DNA of 64,000 nt from an uncultured delta proteobacterium (GTDB lineage: Bacteria > Desulfobacterota > BSN033 > UBA1163), in assembly GCA_963827685.1 (NCBI GenBank), contig CAWHBU010000003.1:992001-1056000 (forward strand), read 5' to 3'. This document shows positions 50,014-59,959 of the stretch, piece by piece (the first letter of the stretch is position 1; the number at the start of each line of letters is the position of its first letter). A model generated the notes under the pieces. That model worked only from the letters and a program-made list of their open reading frames with translations. It was not told the origin of the DNA and did no database searches. The translations under genes and the position numbers were made by a program.

Positions 50014-50649
50014 TTACTTGGATAACACGACGATGTGAGCTCTTCGGTTTTTGGCCCATGCTTCCTCATTACGGCCTGGGTCCAAAGGTCTCTCCTTTCC
50101 ATAACTAATGGTAGAAATACGATTTGAAGCAATGCCAAGGGAGATGAGAAATTTCTTGGTATTGTTGGCTCTTCTTTCCGCGAGGGCGAGGTTGTACTCC
50201 ACTGTTCCTCTCTCATCACAATGACCTTCAATCTGAATCTTCATTTTAGGACTTTTTTTCAACAGGGCCGCATTTTCTTTTAAGATTCCCTCGTCCCCTC
50301 GACGAATGTCATATTTGTCAAAATCGAAGTGGATGTCTTTGAGCAGCTTGGTCTCGAAGATTTCCCCTTCGATCCCACGTTCTTTTTTGGCGGTCAAACT
50401 CTTTTCGAGCTCGCCGCCTATCGGCTTCTTAGCCTCTTCTTCCTTGATCCTTGCTAATTCACTCTCTTTAGCTTCTTTCGCTTCTCTTGCTTCTCTCGCT
50501 GCCCGTTCAGCCTCGACTCTACTTGTTTCTTCCGACTTCTGGACGGTTGGCTGTTCTCTCCTAACTACCACTGTTTTCTTAGGACATCCCGCCAAAAACA
50601 GTCCGAGACAGAGTATAAGAATGAAAATGCTGACACTTTTCTTAACCAT
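50014..50649 (-). CDS. pal: Peptidoglycan-associated lipoprotein
   Basis: LAGC lipobox, IHFDFDK, EGHCDERGTVEYNLAL, SYGKERP, KNRRA. Confidence 0.96.
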   Translation of the reverse strand: MVKKSVSIFILILCLGLFLAGCPKKTVVVRREQPTVQKSEETSRVEAERAAREAREAKEAKESELARIKEEEAKKPIGGELEKSLTAKKERGIEGEIFETKLLKDIHFDFDKYDIRRGDEGILKENAALLKKSPKMKIQIEGHCDERGTVEYNLALAERRANNTKKFLISLGIASNRISTISYGKERPLDPGRNEEAWAKNRRAHIVVLSK

Positions 50650-50692
50650 GATCGTCCTCCTTTAATAATTGGTTTCCTTTCTTACCCTGTTT

Positions 50693-50813
50693 CTTGACCG
50701 GAACGTGCCCCGCAAACCCTGTCCCGCCGACGGCGGGACAGGCGGGGTCAAGGGGCACAATATGAATGATATTACAATGCCGGGAAGCCCCGCCTGTGGG
50801 TGGGGAGCTTCAC
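50693..50813. repeat. IS200/IS605-end-like palindromic remnant with a nested CCTGTCCCG...CGGGACAGG insert
   Basis: Ends in AAGCCCCGCCTGTGGGTGGGGAGCTTCAC; related to 53838-53890. Confidence 0.55.
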
Positions 50814-51034
50814 AAACAGAGTAACCAAAGAATAGTGAAAATTCAATGGTTATAAATCGGAGGAAATCGCAGCTTGATCTTATCGATTACCACTTGAAAG
50901 GTTGTATGGAAGGAGAATATTAGAAAATCACACTTTTATCAAGGAATCTGGGCTTTCTTAAATCTTCAATGGATCCGTCAGGCGATAGATTTTAATAGAA
51001 ACGCATTGAGTCTCATTACACCTGAAAGTTTAAT

Positions 51035-51310
51035 CCCTCACCCCCTGCCTACCGGCAGGCAGGCATCCCTCTCCGCCGAGAGACTGTATCGCAATGTCAT
51101 TGCGAGGGAGTGAAACGACCGAAGCAATCTAAGAACGCTCCGAAAATAAGGAGATTGCCGCGCTCCCTTCGGTCGCTCGCAATGACAAGCCGAGGATCAC
51201 GACACAGCCCCCAAAGGGAGAGGGGAGATGGGAGGCCCCTCTTTCCAGAATGGAGAGGGCTTCGTCGTGAGCGGCTCGACTGAGCTCGCCGAAGTCTCAG
51301 CCGAACGGAT
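51035..51310. repeat. Multiply nested repeat cluster
   Basis: CCCTCACC/CCCTCTCC host carrying a 20-bp CCTG insert and an inner element that contains the GTCATTGCGAG repeat (51096-51186). Confidence 0.75.
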
Positions 51311-51529
51311 ACTGATGAAGAACACGAAGCATGATACCTGTGTAGAGATTCCCGATCGATTCGAGTTCTGGAAAGGTCGTCCTCAACACCCGCTTGATCT
51401 CTACCTTGGTCGCTGCAATGAGATGACAATCACGCTTCCGCCTACTTATGATTAGGTTCTGGCCTAAGAGAAACGTAAAGACTGCCGATTGGGACTAAGG
51501 CCGGGATTCTCCTTTAATGGTCCTGTTTC

Positions 51530-51566
51530 AGAAACAAAGAGGCAGGCTCCAAGCGGACCCTGCCTC
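51530..51566 (-). terminator. Rho-independent terminator of the catalase gene
   Basis: GAGGCAGG/CCTGCCTC stem followed by TTTGTTTC on the minus strand. Confidence 0.55.
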
Positions 51567-51610
51567 ATAAGGATGCTCTGATTTTGGAAAAACTCTCTTT
51601 TCGAGCGGGA

Positions 51611-53122
51611 TTACGATGCCGTCGCTTTGGCCCTTTCCTCATGGGACATCTTAGCCAAGCGCTCTACCTCCTTTAGGTCCAGCTTCAGCCCTTCGGCCAC
51701 GCGGCGGCCATAGTCCGGGTCAGCCTTGTAGAAAAGAGCGGTTTGCCGTAACTGGATCCGTTTCTGTGCCTTACCCAGATGATCCACAATATTCCCAACG
51801 AGGTTTTTGCGATCCTGTTCCTTCATGACATCGCGATACAAATTGCCAGGCTGTACGAAATCATCATTAGGATATGTGAAATTGTAACGCCCTGCTTGCC
51901 CGGAAAGCTCAAAGGGAGGCTCGCCTGTCTTCGGGTCCGGCGCTGGCCCACCGAAGCTATTTGGCCAGTAATTGGGCCCAGCACCCCCATTGGCGTCGAC
52001 ACGCATGAACCCATCTCGCTGGTAGCTATTTTCAGGGGCGTGTTTGGGCGCATTGATAGGAATCAGATGGTAGTTCGGTCCCAAGCGGTGGATATGGGTA
52101 TCGTGATAGGAAAAAACCCTGGCTTGCAGCATCTTGTCCGGTGAAATGCCAATCCCCGGTACCAAGTTGCCTGGACTGAAAGCGGCCTGCTCCACTTCTG
52201 CAAAATAATTGACCGGGTTGCGGTTCAGTACCAACTTGCCAATTTTGATAGGCGGAACCTCTCCATGGGGCCAAACCTTGGTAATATCAAAGATGTCCCA
52301 TGGGAAATTTTTCGCCTTTTCCGGTGTCAGGATTTGCATCTCAAGTGTCCAGGAAGGGTAATTGCCACGCTCGATGGCATCATACAGGTCACGGGTGGCG
52401 TGATTTGAATCTTCACCTGAGATACGCGTTGCTTCCTCCCGGGTAAGGTTCTTAATGCCCTGATCCGTCTTGAAGTGATACTGCACCCAGAAATACTCGC
52501 CCTTGTCGTTATACCATTTATAGGTGTGGCTACTGTAGCCATTCATATTACGAAAGGTGGCGGGCGTACCTCTATCGGAGAAGAGAATGGTGACCTGGTG
52601 GATTGATTCCGGCGTCAAGGACAGGAAGTCCCAAAACATGTTTGGGTCTGGTAAATTCGTGGATGGGTGACGCTTTTGTGTATGGATGAAGTCAGGAAAC
52701 TTGAGCGGATCCCGGATGAAGAAGACCGGGGTGTTATTGCCGGCAAGGTCGTAATTGCCTTCCTCCGTATAGAATTTCAGCGCGAAACCGCGCGGGTCTC
52801 GAGCTGCATCGGCTGAACCCTTTTCACCGCCAACGGTGGAAAAGCGGGCGAAGGCCTCGGTCCGCTTGCCGACTTTCGAAAGAAATTTCGCTTTAGTGTA
52901 TTTTGTCACGTCAGCCGTCACCTCAAAATAACCATGCGCCCCCGCACCCTTGGCGTGCACTACCCGTTCGGGAATGCGCTCTCTGTCGAAGTGACCCAGC
53001 TTCTCCAACAGGTGAACGTCCTGTATCAGGACAGGCCCGCGTTCTCCAGCGGTTAGACTGTTCTGATCATCACCCACAGGAATTCCAAAAGCAGTTGTTA
53101 ACCTCTTTTTTTCATTTGCCAT
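51611..53122 (-). CDS. katA: Monofunctional heme catalase (small subunit)
   Basis: [37 protein letters not shown]. Confidence 0.97.
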   Translation of the reverse strand: MANEKKRLTTAFGIPVGDDQNSLTAGERGPVLIQDVHLLEKLGHFDRERIPERVVHAKGAGAHGYFEVTADVTKYTKAKFLSKVGKRTEAFARFSTVGGEKGSADAARDPRGFALKFYTEEGNYDLAGNNTPVFFIRDPLKFPDFIHTQKRHPSTNLPDPNMFWDFLSLTPESIHQVTILFSDRGTPATFRNMNGYSSHTYKWYNDKGEYFWVQYHFKTDQGIKNLTREEATRISGEDSNHATRDLYDAIERGNYPSWTLEMQILTPEKAKNFPWDIFDITKVWPHGEVPPIKIGKLVLNRNPVNYFAEVEQAAFSPGNLVPGIGISPDKMLQARVFSYHDTHIHRLGPNYHLIPINAPKHAPENSYQRDGFMRVDANGGAGPNYWPNSFGGPAPDPKTGEPPFELSGQAGRYNFTYPNDDFVQPGNLYRDVMKEQDRKNLVGNIVDHLGKAQKRIQLRQTALFYKADPDYGRRVAEGLKLDLKEVERLAKMSHEERAKATAS

Positions 53123-53189
53123 TCTTATTTACCTCCTTTTTATGGAATTTTTCATGATCTGAAACTTACTCACTTGCTCTCAGTATCCT

Positions 53190-53210
53190 AATCTGGAATC
53201 ATTCCTAATT
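53190..53210. promoter_or_regulatory. Candidate PerR operator upstream of katA
   Basis: AATCTGGAATCATTCCTAATT quasi-palindrome; 17/21 match to the reverse complement of 53717-53737. Confidence 0.6.
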
Positions 53211-53289
53211 CAATCTCAAAAAAATTTATAGAAATCTAATCTCTATCCTAAATAATATATGTATAAACTGTTCAAGTAGTTTAGGAAGG

Positions 53290-53706
53290 TCACTTATTTC
53301 TACATTCCTGACAATACCCGTAATATTCGAGCCTGCTATCAACCACTCGGAAACGGGTTCTTTTTGCAATCTCACTTGTATCAATTATAAAGGGGGGTCT
53401 GTAATCTATAATCTTCTTACATCTCTTACAAATTAAATTGATGTGCTCTGCAATATTCCCCTCATAGCGATTTTCCATTTTATCAAATTCTAACATTTTA
53501 ATTATACCATGTTTGGAAAGTTCATTAAGAGTGGCGTAGACCGTGGATAAACTCAGACTTCTGACCTTTTTCTTTCCTTCCCGATAGATAAGGTCTGCAC
53601 CTGGATGAAGAGGGGTTTTGTCGACTAATACCTCGATGATGGCTTTCCTTTGAGAAGTCAATTTTAACCCTTTCTCCCTCAACTTTTGAATGATCGATGT
53701 TTCCAT
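53290..53706 (-). CDS. perR: Fur-family regulator, PerR-like
   Basis: KLTSQR, HPGAD, SLSTVY, HINLICKRC, YGYCQEC; directly upstream of catalase. Confidence 0.8.
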   Translation of the reverse strand: METSIIQKLREKGLKLTSQRKAIIEVLVDKTPLHPGADLIYREGKKKVRSLSLSTVYATLNELSKHGIIKMLEFDKMENRYEGNIAEHINLICKRCKKIIDYRPPFIIDTSEIAKRTRFRVVDSRLEYYGYCQECRNK

Positions 53707-53716
53707 TAGCCCTAGT

Positions 53717-53737
53717 AATTCGGAACTATTCCAGTTT
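53717..53737. promoter_or_regulatory. Candidate PerR autoregulatory operator
   Basis: AATTCGGAACTATTCCAGTTT, 10 nt upstream of the start codon. Confidence 0.6.
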
Positions 53738-53889
53738 ATTGAATCATATTAATCTGTCTTTTATCGATTGTCAAGGTCTTTTTATTAGCTCTTCCGGAAT
53801 ACCATAAAAGACCAAAGGAAGGCAGTCTCGACGATAGGTGAAACCCCGCCGTGCCTGTCCCGTCCTAACGGGATGGGCGGGGAGCTTCG

Positions 53890-54381
53890 CTACTTTTTGC
53901 TTTTAAGGAATTTGACAAGCATTAAGACATCCCTTGCTACGAAACGCCCAATGGGCCCTGTGCTATAACAGGCAAGACCTATCGTTTTATCAGGACGAAC
54001 AACGAATCCTGTGGCGTGAAGAAACTTTCTTTCTTTATTGTAGTACGCCCCGGTGATTCTCGATATGTCCTCTGCCATCATGCCGTAACCGACAGAGTAC
54101 GTAATCCCCAACCTATCTACCGTTTCTCGCGCTTTCTCAATGGAGTCGGCAGAACCTGCGATGATCTTGATCCCTTCGGATTTGAACTCCTGATGCAATG
54201 CTTGGAAGTCAGCCAACTGCTGAAGGCAGAAAGGTCACCAATGACCGCGATAGATCAGGATGACACCGTATCCCTCCCCGATTCCGTCAGGCGGTTTCAG
54301 CTTTTCTCCTGATACCAGTTGCAACTCCAGTTGTGGAAACATATCGCCAGAATCTAAAAACGTCGAACCTGTTCTCGCCAT
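53890..54381 (-). CDS. AhpC/TSA (peroxiredoxin-like) selenoprotein, UxxC (Sec49 at 54237-54235)
   Basis: MARTGSTFLDSGDMFPQL...IYRGHW-TGA-PFCLQQLADF is in frame with ORF 53890-54216; AAGGAG RBS; hairpin TCAGC-agttg-GCTGA 11 nt after the UGA. Confidence 0.9.
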
Positions 54382-54415
54382 ATCGTTCTCCTTTCACTCT
54401 TTCTGTTCTTCGTGC

Positions 54416-55114
54416 TTACTGCTCCTTCTTAAGCTTTTTGATGATCTTTGGGATGAAGAGGGAAAAAACAAATAGGCCGACAGAGAAGAAAACCTTGAGG
54501 GAAAGTAATTGACCCCAGTGACCACTGGCCCAAACCTCTTTAAGAGTGCCGATGGAAAAAGTAAAAACAAACGTTCCCACGATAATGCCTAATCCCGTGC
54601 CAAAAAAATAATCCCAGAACCGTATCTTGGTCAGTCCCATGCCGAAGTTCATGGGAGTAAAGGGAAAATAAACCAAACGTAAATAGAGCACCGTAGCAAA
54701 CCCATTCCGTTCAATGGCATCATCGTATTTTCTTAGGCGATCGCCGATCACGGAAGCTGCAAATTCTCTGCCTAAGGTTCGCCCGATCCAGAAAGCGGCG
54801 CTTGATCCGACCATACCTCCTATCCAGACATACAAGAATCCCCAGTAGGAACCAAAGATGGCTGCCCCCAAGGCTGTTAGCAAAGTGCCCGGCACAAACA
54901 AACATACCCCCACGGCATACACAAACATAAAAAAAAGAGGAGCCCATATGCCAGCAGTTCTTAGAAAATTGCTTAGGGCTGTTTGTGTGAAGAATTCTTT
55001 GACTGGAGTGAACCGGATGATGTAAATGGCCGCAATGATGAAGAGAACAAACACAAGAGCTTTTATCATTGCTCTCTTACGGCCCTTCGCTGGTTTTTGG
55101 ACAACCGCTCTCAT
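54416..55114 (-). CDS. TVP38/TMEM64 (VTT/DedA-like) membrane protein
   Basis: FVPGTLLT, AFWIGRTLGR, LRLVYFPF. Confidence 0.9.
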   Translation of the reverse strand: MRAVVQKPAKGRKRAMIKALVFVLFIIAAIYIIRFTPVKEFFTQTALSNFLRTAGIWAPLFFMFVYAVGVCLFVPGTLLTALGAAIFGSYWGFLYVWIGGMVGSSAAFWIGRTLGREFAASVIGDRLRKYDDAIERNGFATVLYLRLVYFPFTPMNFGMGLTKIRFWDYFFGTGLGIIVGTFVFTFSIGTLKEVWASGHWGQLLSLKVFFSVGLFVFSLFIPKIIKKLKKEQ

Positions 55115-55142
55115 AGTTTCCTACCACTCATGACAAGTCAAC

Positions 55143-55302
55143 CTCCCCCTCCCCCTCCCCTCCCCTAGCGGGAGGGGATGAAGGGGAGGGGGATAAAAGA
55201 GGTGATAATGCACCCTCACCCCCTGCCTACCGGCAGGCAGGCAGCCCTCTCCCCTGCCTTCGCCGAAGCGGCTTCGCGCAGGCAGGCATCAAGGGAGAGG
55301 GG
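55143..55302. repeat. Reverse-complement copy of the 3946-4093 composite repeat
   Basis: Carries the same 20-bp and 34-bp inserts at the same host positions. Confidence 0.85.
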
Positions 55303-55391
55303 GAACTGGATCGAGTCAATGTCTATTCTTGGGTTTCCAATTATTATTTTTTTAAGAGTATTTATCATGGAATTTGGGATGCTTCCTTCGA

Positions 55392-56911
55392 TTATCGCCT
55401 CCAGGCTAACCACCGGGTAAACAGTCCTTTAATAAAAGGAGTCAAGCGGGTACGGTTATAGGCATCGGCCACCTGTTTGATGGCTTCAGCCTGTGTGGGA
55501 TAGGTGTGAATAACATTCGTCAGTGTTCCCAGCCCCAGATCGCCCACGATGGCGAGGGTGATCTCGCTGAGCATCTCTCCGGCGTGGCGGGCGACGATTG
55601 TGGCTCCGAGAATCTTATCCGTTCCTTTCTTGACGTGGATCTTAACAAAACCTTCTTCTTCTCCATCGGCGATGGCACGGTCGACGTCATTCAGTGGTCT
55701 TATGAAGGTATCTACAGCGATGCCTTTCTCCTGAGCATCCCTCTCATACATCCCCACATGGGCAATCTCCGGATCCGTGTAAGTACACCAAGGAATCGTC
55801 AAGGCACTTTGCTTCTTGCGCCCTAAAAACAAGGCGTTCTGGATGACCATGCGGGCTGTCGCGTCGGCAGTATGGGTAAACTTGTACTTGAGGCAAATAT
55901 CCCCCGCGGCATAGATCCTGGGATTCGTGGTCTGGAGATGTTCATTCACCTCTACCCCTTCCCTCTTGTCGTACTTCGCTCCCACGGCCTCGAGATTTAG
56001 CCCCTCCACATTGGGAGCCCGGCCAGCTCCTGCCAGAATCTCATCCACTGCGATCTGTTCTTCTCTCCCCCCGCATTCAATATGGATGACTCTGCTGCCA
56101 TTTCTCTTTTCAACTCGTTTGGTCTTGCAGTTGAGGATCAGGCGGATTCCATCACGGATGAACGACTGCTGGAGAATTTCTGCTGCATCGCTATCCTCGC
56201 GATTCAGGATATGAGAGGCATTGTGAAAAAGAGTCACCTCACATCCCAATCGCCGAAATGCCTGAGCTAATTCGCAACCGATGGGTCCGCCGCCAATAAC
56301 CGCCAGACGCCGCGGCCGCTCCGTCAGGAAGAAGACGGTCTCATTGGTGAGAAAGTCGGCTTCGGCTAATCCTTCAATGGTGGGATGTACCGGACGCGTG
56401 CCAGTAGCAATTACAGCCTTTTTAAAGCGAAGGGTCCTTCCAGTTACCTCCACGGTATCTGGGCCGAGAAACACCCCTCTCCCAGGAATACATCGACCCC
56501 CAGATCCTTAAACCGCCTGACCGAATCATGAGCACTGATCCGAGCTCGAAGCCTTCTCATGCGTTGCATCACGGCAGGGAAATCCACTTCCATGCCCTCT
56601 GGGACCCGAATGCCAAACTGGTTAGCGTCGCGAAGATCAGCGACCACGCGTGAGGATCGAATAATACATTTCGAGGGAACGCACCCCACATTGAGACAAT
56701 CGCCTCCCAGAAGGTGCCGCTCCACAAGGGCGACCCTTGCCCCTAATCCTGCTGCACCCGCAGCCGTGACCAATCCCGCCGTTCCTGCTCCGATCACTAC
56801 AAGATCATAACGGGGGGCGGGTTCAGGGTTTTGCCAATCGATCGGACGGACGTTGGAAACTAATGCTTCATTGTGAACATCATGCGGCAAAACCATTGGG
56901 ATCGACTGCAT
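55392..56911 (-). pseudogene. Mercuric reductase-like / dihydrolipoamide dehydrogenase-family flavoprotein with a 1-nt frameshift near 56468
   Basis: GAGTAG, GGDCLNVGCVPSK in ORF 56444-56911; GGGPIG, YAAGD, IHTYPT in ORF 55392-56474. Confidence 0.85.
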
Positions 56912-56937
56912 CGCTATTTCCTCCTATCGCTTCCAAT

Positions 56938-57894
56938 TCATACTAGCGCTCCGCCACACGATGATCCAGATCCGGCGGTGCAAGCAAAACAATGTTCTCC
57001 GGTGACAATCCTGCGCTTCCACAAATCTTCTAATCTGAAAGATTGGATGTGATCGGGAGCCCCGTGGTTCACCGAAAGGCCCAGCGCCAGGTTGAAATCA
57101 CAGTCATAAAGCGTTCCGTCCCAGCCCACGCTGAGTTGATGGCGGCACATCAATCCCGTCACCGTTTGGGGATTGAAGGATTTTCGGAGAAGTCGCAGAT
57201 AATTCTCTTCCTCCTTCTTCCGGATCAGTTCTGTTCGAAATCTTCCCAGCGGCATATTGGTGATTGTGAGGAGGCGAGTAAAAGTGATGCCAAAACGCTG
57301 CCCCAGCTCGCGCCGGTAATCTTCTTCAAGGACCAACTGTGGAGGCGGGAGAAACGGTCCTCCTGGATTGTAGACAAGGTTCAGAGGTAGATCCGGGTCA
57401 GATCCATAGCCCAGGGCATTCAATCGCTTGATGGCCGCTACACTTTTCTCATAGACTCCTTTCCCCCGCTGAGCGCATACGTTTTCTTCAAGGTAACACG
57501 GCATGGAGGCCACAATCTGGATTTGATATTTTCGAAAGAACTCGGGCATATCCTCCATCCCCGGTTCCGAGAGCACTGTTAGGTTCGTTCTGACCTGCAC
57601 TTGAAGACCTTCTCGGCAGAGGGCCTTTGCAAAACGACGGAAATGCGGATTGAGCTCTGGGGCTCCTCCGGTCAGATCAATAAGCTTACAATGCACACGC
57701 TTAGCCGCCTCCAGGACTAATTGCATGGTAGACCATTCCATGATCTCCTTCCGTTGGGGGGATGCTTCGAGGTGACAGTGGGTGCATTGCTGGTTGCACA
57801 GCAGTCCTAAATTGACTTGCAGAATTTCGATCTTCAGACTATGCAATCCCTGATCGCCAATACTGGCGATCTGTTTTTCGAAATCATTCATCAC
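56938..57894 (-). CDS. arsS: Radical SAM / Cys-rich protein (ArsS, DUF3641 family)
   Basis: LQVNLGLLCNQQCTHCH, LTGGAPELNP, YDCDFN, HCFACTAGSGSSCGGAL. Confidence 0.88.
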   Translation of the reverse strand: MMNDFEKQIASIGDQGLHSLKIEILQVNLGLLCNQQCTHCHLEASPQRKEIMEWSTMQLVLEAAKRVHCKLIDLTGGAPELNPHFRRFAKALCREGLQVQVRTNLTVLSEPGMEDMPEFFRKYQIQIVASMPCYLEENVCAQRGKGVYEKSVAAIKRLNALGYGSDPDLPLNLVYNPGGPFLPPPQLVLEEDYRRELGQRFGITFTRLLTITNMPLGRFRTELIRKKEEENYLRLLRKSFNPQTVTGLMCRHQLSVGWDGTLYDCDFNLALGLSVNHGAPDHIQSFRLEDLWKRRIVTGEHCFACTAGSGSSCGGALV

Positions 57895-57995
57895 TACTCC
57901 TCCTGATGAAGCTCGTAGTTTATTTTTAATTTCATTGAGTTTCAGTGCATGTCGAGATATTCCACAGCCTTAATAACGACATTGTTTTATAAAAT

Positions 57996-58120
57996 CCCTC
58001 CTCACCTCCCTTTGCCTGTCTGACGACAGGAAAATGAGGACAAAGGGAGGAACAGGACCCCTCTTTGGCAAAGAGGGGCGACCTGCCTGCGCGAAGCCGC
58101 TTCGCGAAGGCAGGGGGGAG
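57996..58120. repeat. Hairpin repeat with a CCTGTCTGACGACAGG insert and a 33-bp CCTG...CAGG insert (58082-58114)
   Basis: Read directly from the sequence; abuts the IS30 left end. Confidence 0.75.
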
Positions 58121-58143
58121 ATTTTAATATATGTTAACGCCAG

Positions 58144-59184
58144 TTCAATAATGAAGTGCAACACTTAGGGTGACGTAGTATCCTAAGTATATGGAAAAGC
58201 TAAACTATCAACATCTCTCCAGTGAAGAGAGAGACAAAATTGCATATCTTCACGCACGAGGTAAAAGCATCTCGGAGATAGCCGAGAGTATCGGGCGAAA
58301 CAAAGGTTCCATTTCACGAGAACTCAAGCGTAACCGATCGCCCATCTACAACGTTTACTTGGCCAATAGGGCCCATGAAAGAGCCGTTAAACGAAAACAT
58401 GAATCCGTCCAACGACAGCGAATACGCAATCCTTTGATCCGTAGGTATATCATGAAAAAGCTCAAGCTCAAATGGTCTCCCGAACTGATTTCAGGAAGAC
58501 TTTCTTTAGAATATCCAGACCTTCGTATCAGCCATGAGGCCATTTATCAATTCATCTATGATAAATCGATCCCTACGAAGCAGAACCTGGTGCCCTATCT
58601 GACTCGGGCTCACAAGCGCCGTAGACTCCGTACCCATTCGCACCGGCATAAGACACTCCATATTCCACGACGGATCTCCATCAAAGAGCGTCCCCTGGAG
58701 GTCCAAACCCGGATCCAACCCGGCCATTGGGAAGCTGATACGTTAATCTCCCGAACAAGTAAGGCCGCTTTAGCGGTAGCCCTTGAGAGAACCAGTAGAC
58801 ACCTGCACTTGGCCAAATTGCCTGCCAAGACCTCACAGAACTTGCGATGTGCCCTCACTCGCAGACTCAGCCGTTACCCCCAACCCCTTCTGCGCTCTAT
58901 CACCTATGATAATGGTTGCGAAAACGTGGAGCATGAGTATACTAACAAGGTGTTGGGAACCCAATCCTACTTCTGTGAACCCTTCCATAGTTGGGAAAAG
59001 GCTTCTATCGAAAATGCCATCGGGCTGATCCGACGCTTCTTCCCCAAGAAGACGGATTTTAATCTGGTTCCCAAAGAACAAGTCAAACGCGTCGAAACTT
59101 TACTTAATACGAGGCCACGAAAATGCCTCAATTATCGAACGCCCAATGAAGTTTTGGGCTCATGTGTTGCACTTCACTGTTGAA
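58144..59184 (+). mobile_element. IS30-family insertion sequence
   Basis: 21-bp terminal inverted repeats with 2 mismatches (TTCAATAATGAAGTGCAACAC 58144-58164 / GTGTTGCACTTCACTGTTGAA 59164-59184); true ends may lie a few bp further out. Confidence 0.9.
58191..59183 (+). CDS. IS30-family transposase
   Basis: YQHLSSEER, ISRELKRN, WSPELI, GHWEADT, ITYDNG, ENAIGLIRRFFPK, RPRKCL. Confidence 0.96.
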   Translation: MEKLNYQHLSSEERDKIAYLHARGKSISEIAESIGRNKGSISRELKRNRSPIYNVYLANRAHERAVKRKHESVQRQRIRNPLIRRYIMKKLKLKWSPELISGRLSLEYPDLRISHEAIYQFIYDKSIPTKQNLVPYLTRAHKRRRLRTHSHRHKTLHIPRRISIKERPLEVQTRIQPGHWEADTLISRTSKAALAVALERTSRHLHLAKLPAKTSQNLRCALTRRLSRYPQPLLRSITYDNGCENVEHEYTNKVLGTQSYFCEPFHSWEKASIENAIGLIRRFFPKKTDFNLVPKEQVKRVETLLNTRPRKCLNYRTPNEVLGSCVALHC

Positions 59185-59204
59185 TGCATCCAATTTTGAA
59201 ACCT

Positions 59205-59945
59205 TTAATGAGATCTTAACCCTCTTGATTTTCCAGCCGCTTCTTGATCAATCAACCATGTGATATGTCCGCGGGAAGGGTTGACGAGCGCGGCAGGATA
59301 TCGTTCCTTCTTCCCCTCCTTTCCCAAGATCTCATGGATGATGTTCGCCTTCGAAAGACCAGAAACAAGAAAGACTATTTGAGCGGCATTGTTCAGGACG
59401 GGAAGGGTAAGGGTGACTCTATTCCAATTGGGTTTCTCCAGATAGACCGGGACGGCAAGCCTCATTTTTTCATCCAGTGACTTTGAACCGGGAAAGAGCG
59501 AAGCGGTGTGACCATCCCCTCCCGTCCCAAGAATCATGAGGTCGAAGATCGGTAATGCCGACACCCCGAAGAACTTCCTGATCTCCTCTTCATAATCCCA
59601 GGCCGCCTTGTCAGGGTCTTCTTCACCTTTAATCCGGTGTATATTCTCATCCGGTATGGGAATCTTTGATAGCAGCGTGTCGAAAGCAGTCCTGAAATTA
59701 CTTTCTTGATGTTCCTCGGGCACGCAGCGTTCATCTACCCAGAAGAAGTGGACGTATTGCCAGCGGACCTGATTGCGATAGGCTTCAGAACCCAAAAGCG
59801 TGTACAATCTTCTCGGAGTAGATCCCCCTGAAATCGCCACTGCAAATCTTTTTTTTGTTCCCACCGAATTCCTTGAGGCACCCACAAAGAGCGAGGCAGC
59901 ACAGTGGCTAAGGGCTTCTAAGTCTGAGAGCACTTCAATCTTCAA
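59205..59945 (-). CDS. pgl: 6-phosphogluconolactonase
   Basis: SGGSTP, DERCVP, SN, DGHTASLFP, RVTLT. Confidence 0.95.
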   Translation of the reverse strand: MKIEVLSDLEALSHCAASLFVGASRNSVGTKKRFAVAISGGSTPRRLYTLLGSEAYRNQVRWQYVHFFWVDERCVPEEHQESNFRTAFDTLLSKIPIPDENIHRIKGEEDPDKAAWDYEEEIRKFFGVSALPIFDLMILGTGGDGHTASLFPGSKSLDEKMRLAVPVYLEKPNWNRVTLTLPVLNNAAQIVFLVSGLSKANIIHEILGKEGKKERYPAALVNPSRGHITWLIDQEAAGKSRGLRSH

Positions 59946-59959
59946 AGTCGACTCTTCAA

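Noticed and set aside
55392-56911. True mercury-resistance merA, or a programmed frameshift
   Set aside because: There is no C-terminal Cys-Cys pair or mer operon, and no slippery heptamer at the shift site; a mutation or assembly error is more likely.
56938-56960. Sec in the ArsS C-terminal SSxGG motif
   Set aside because: The codon is Cys (TGT) here.
3946-58120. CRISPR array made from the recurrent 34-bp palindromes
   Set aside because: Copies are dispersed, not regularly spaced with unique spacers, and no cas genes are present.
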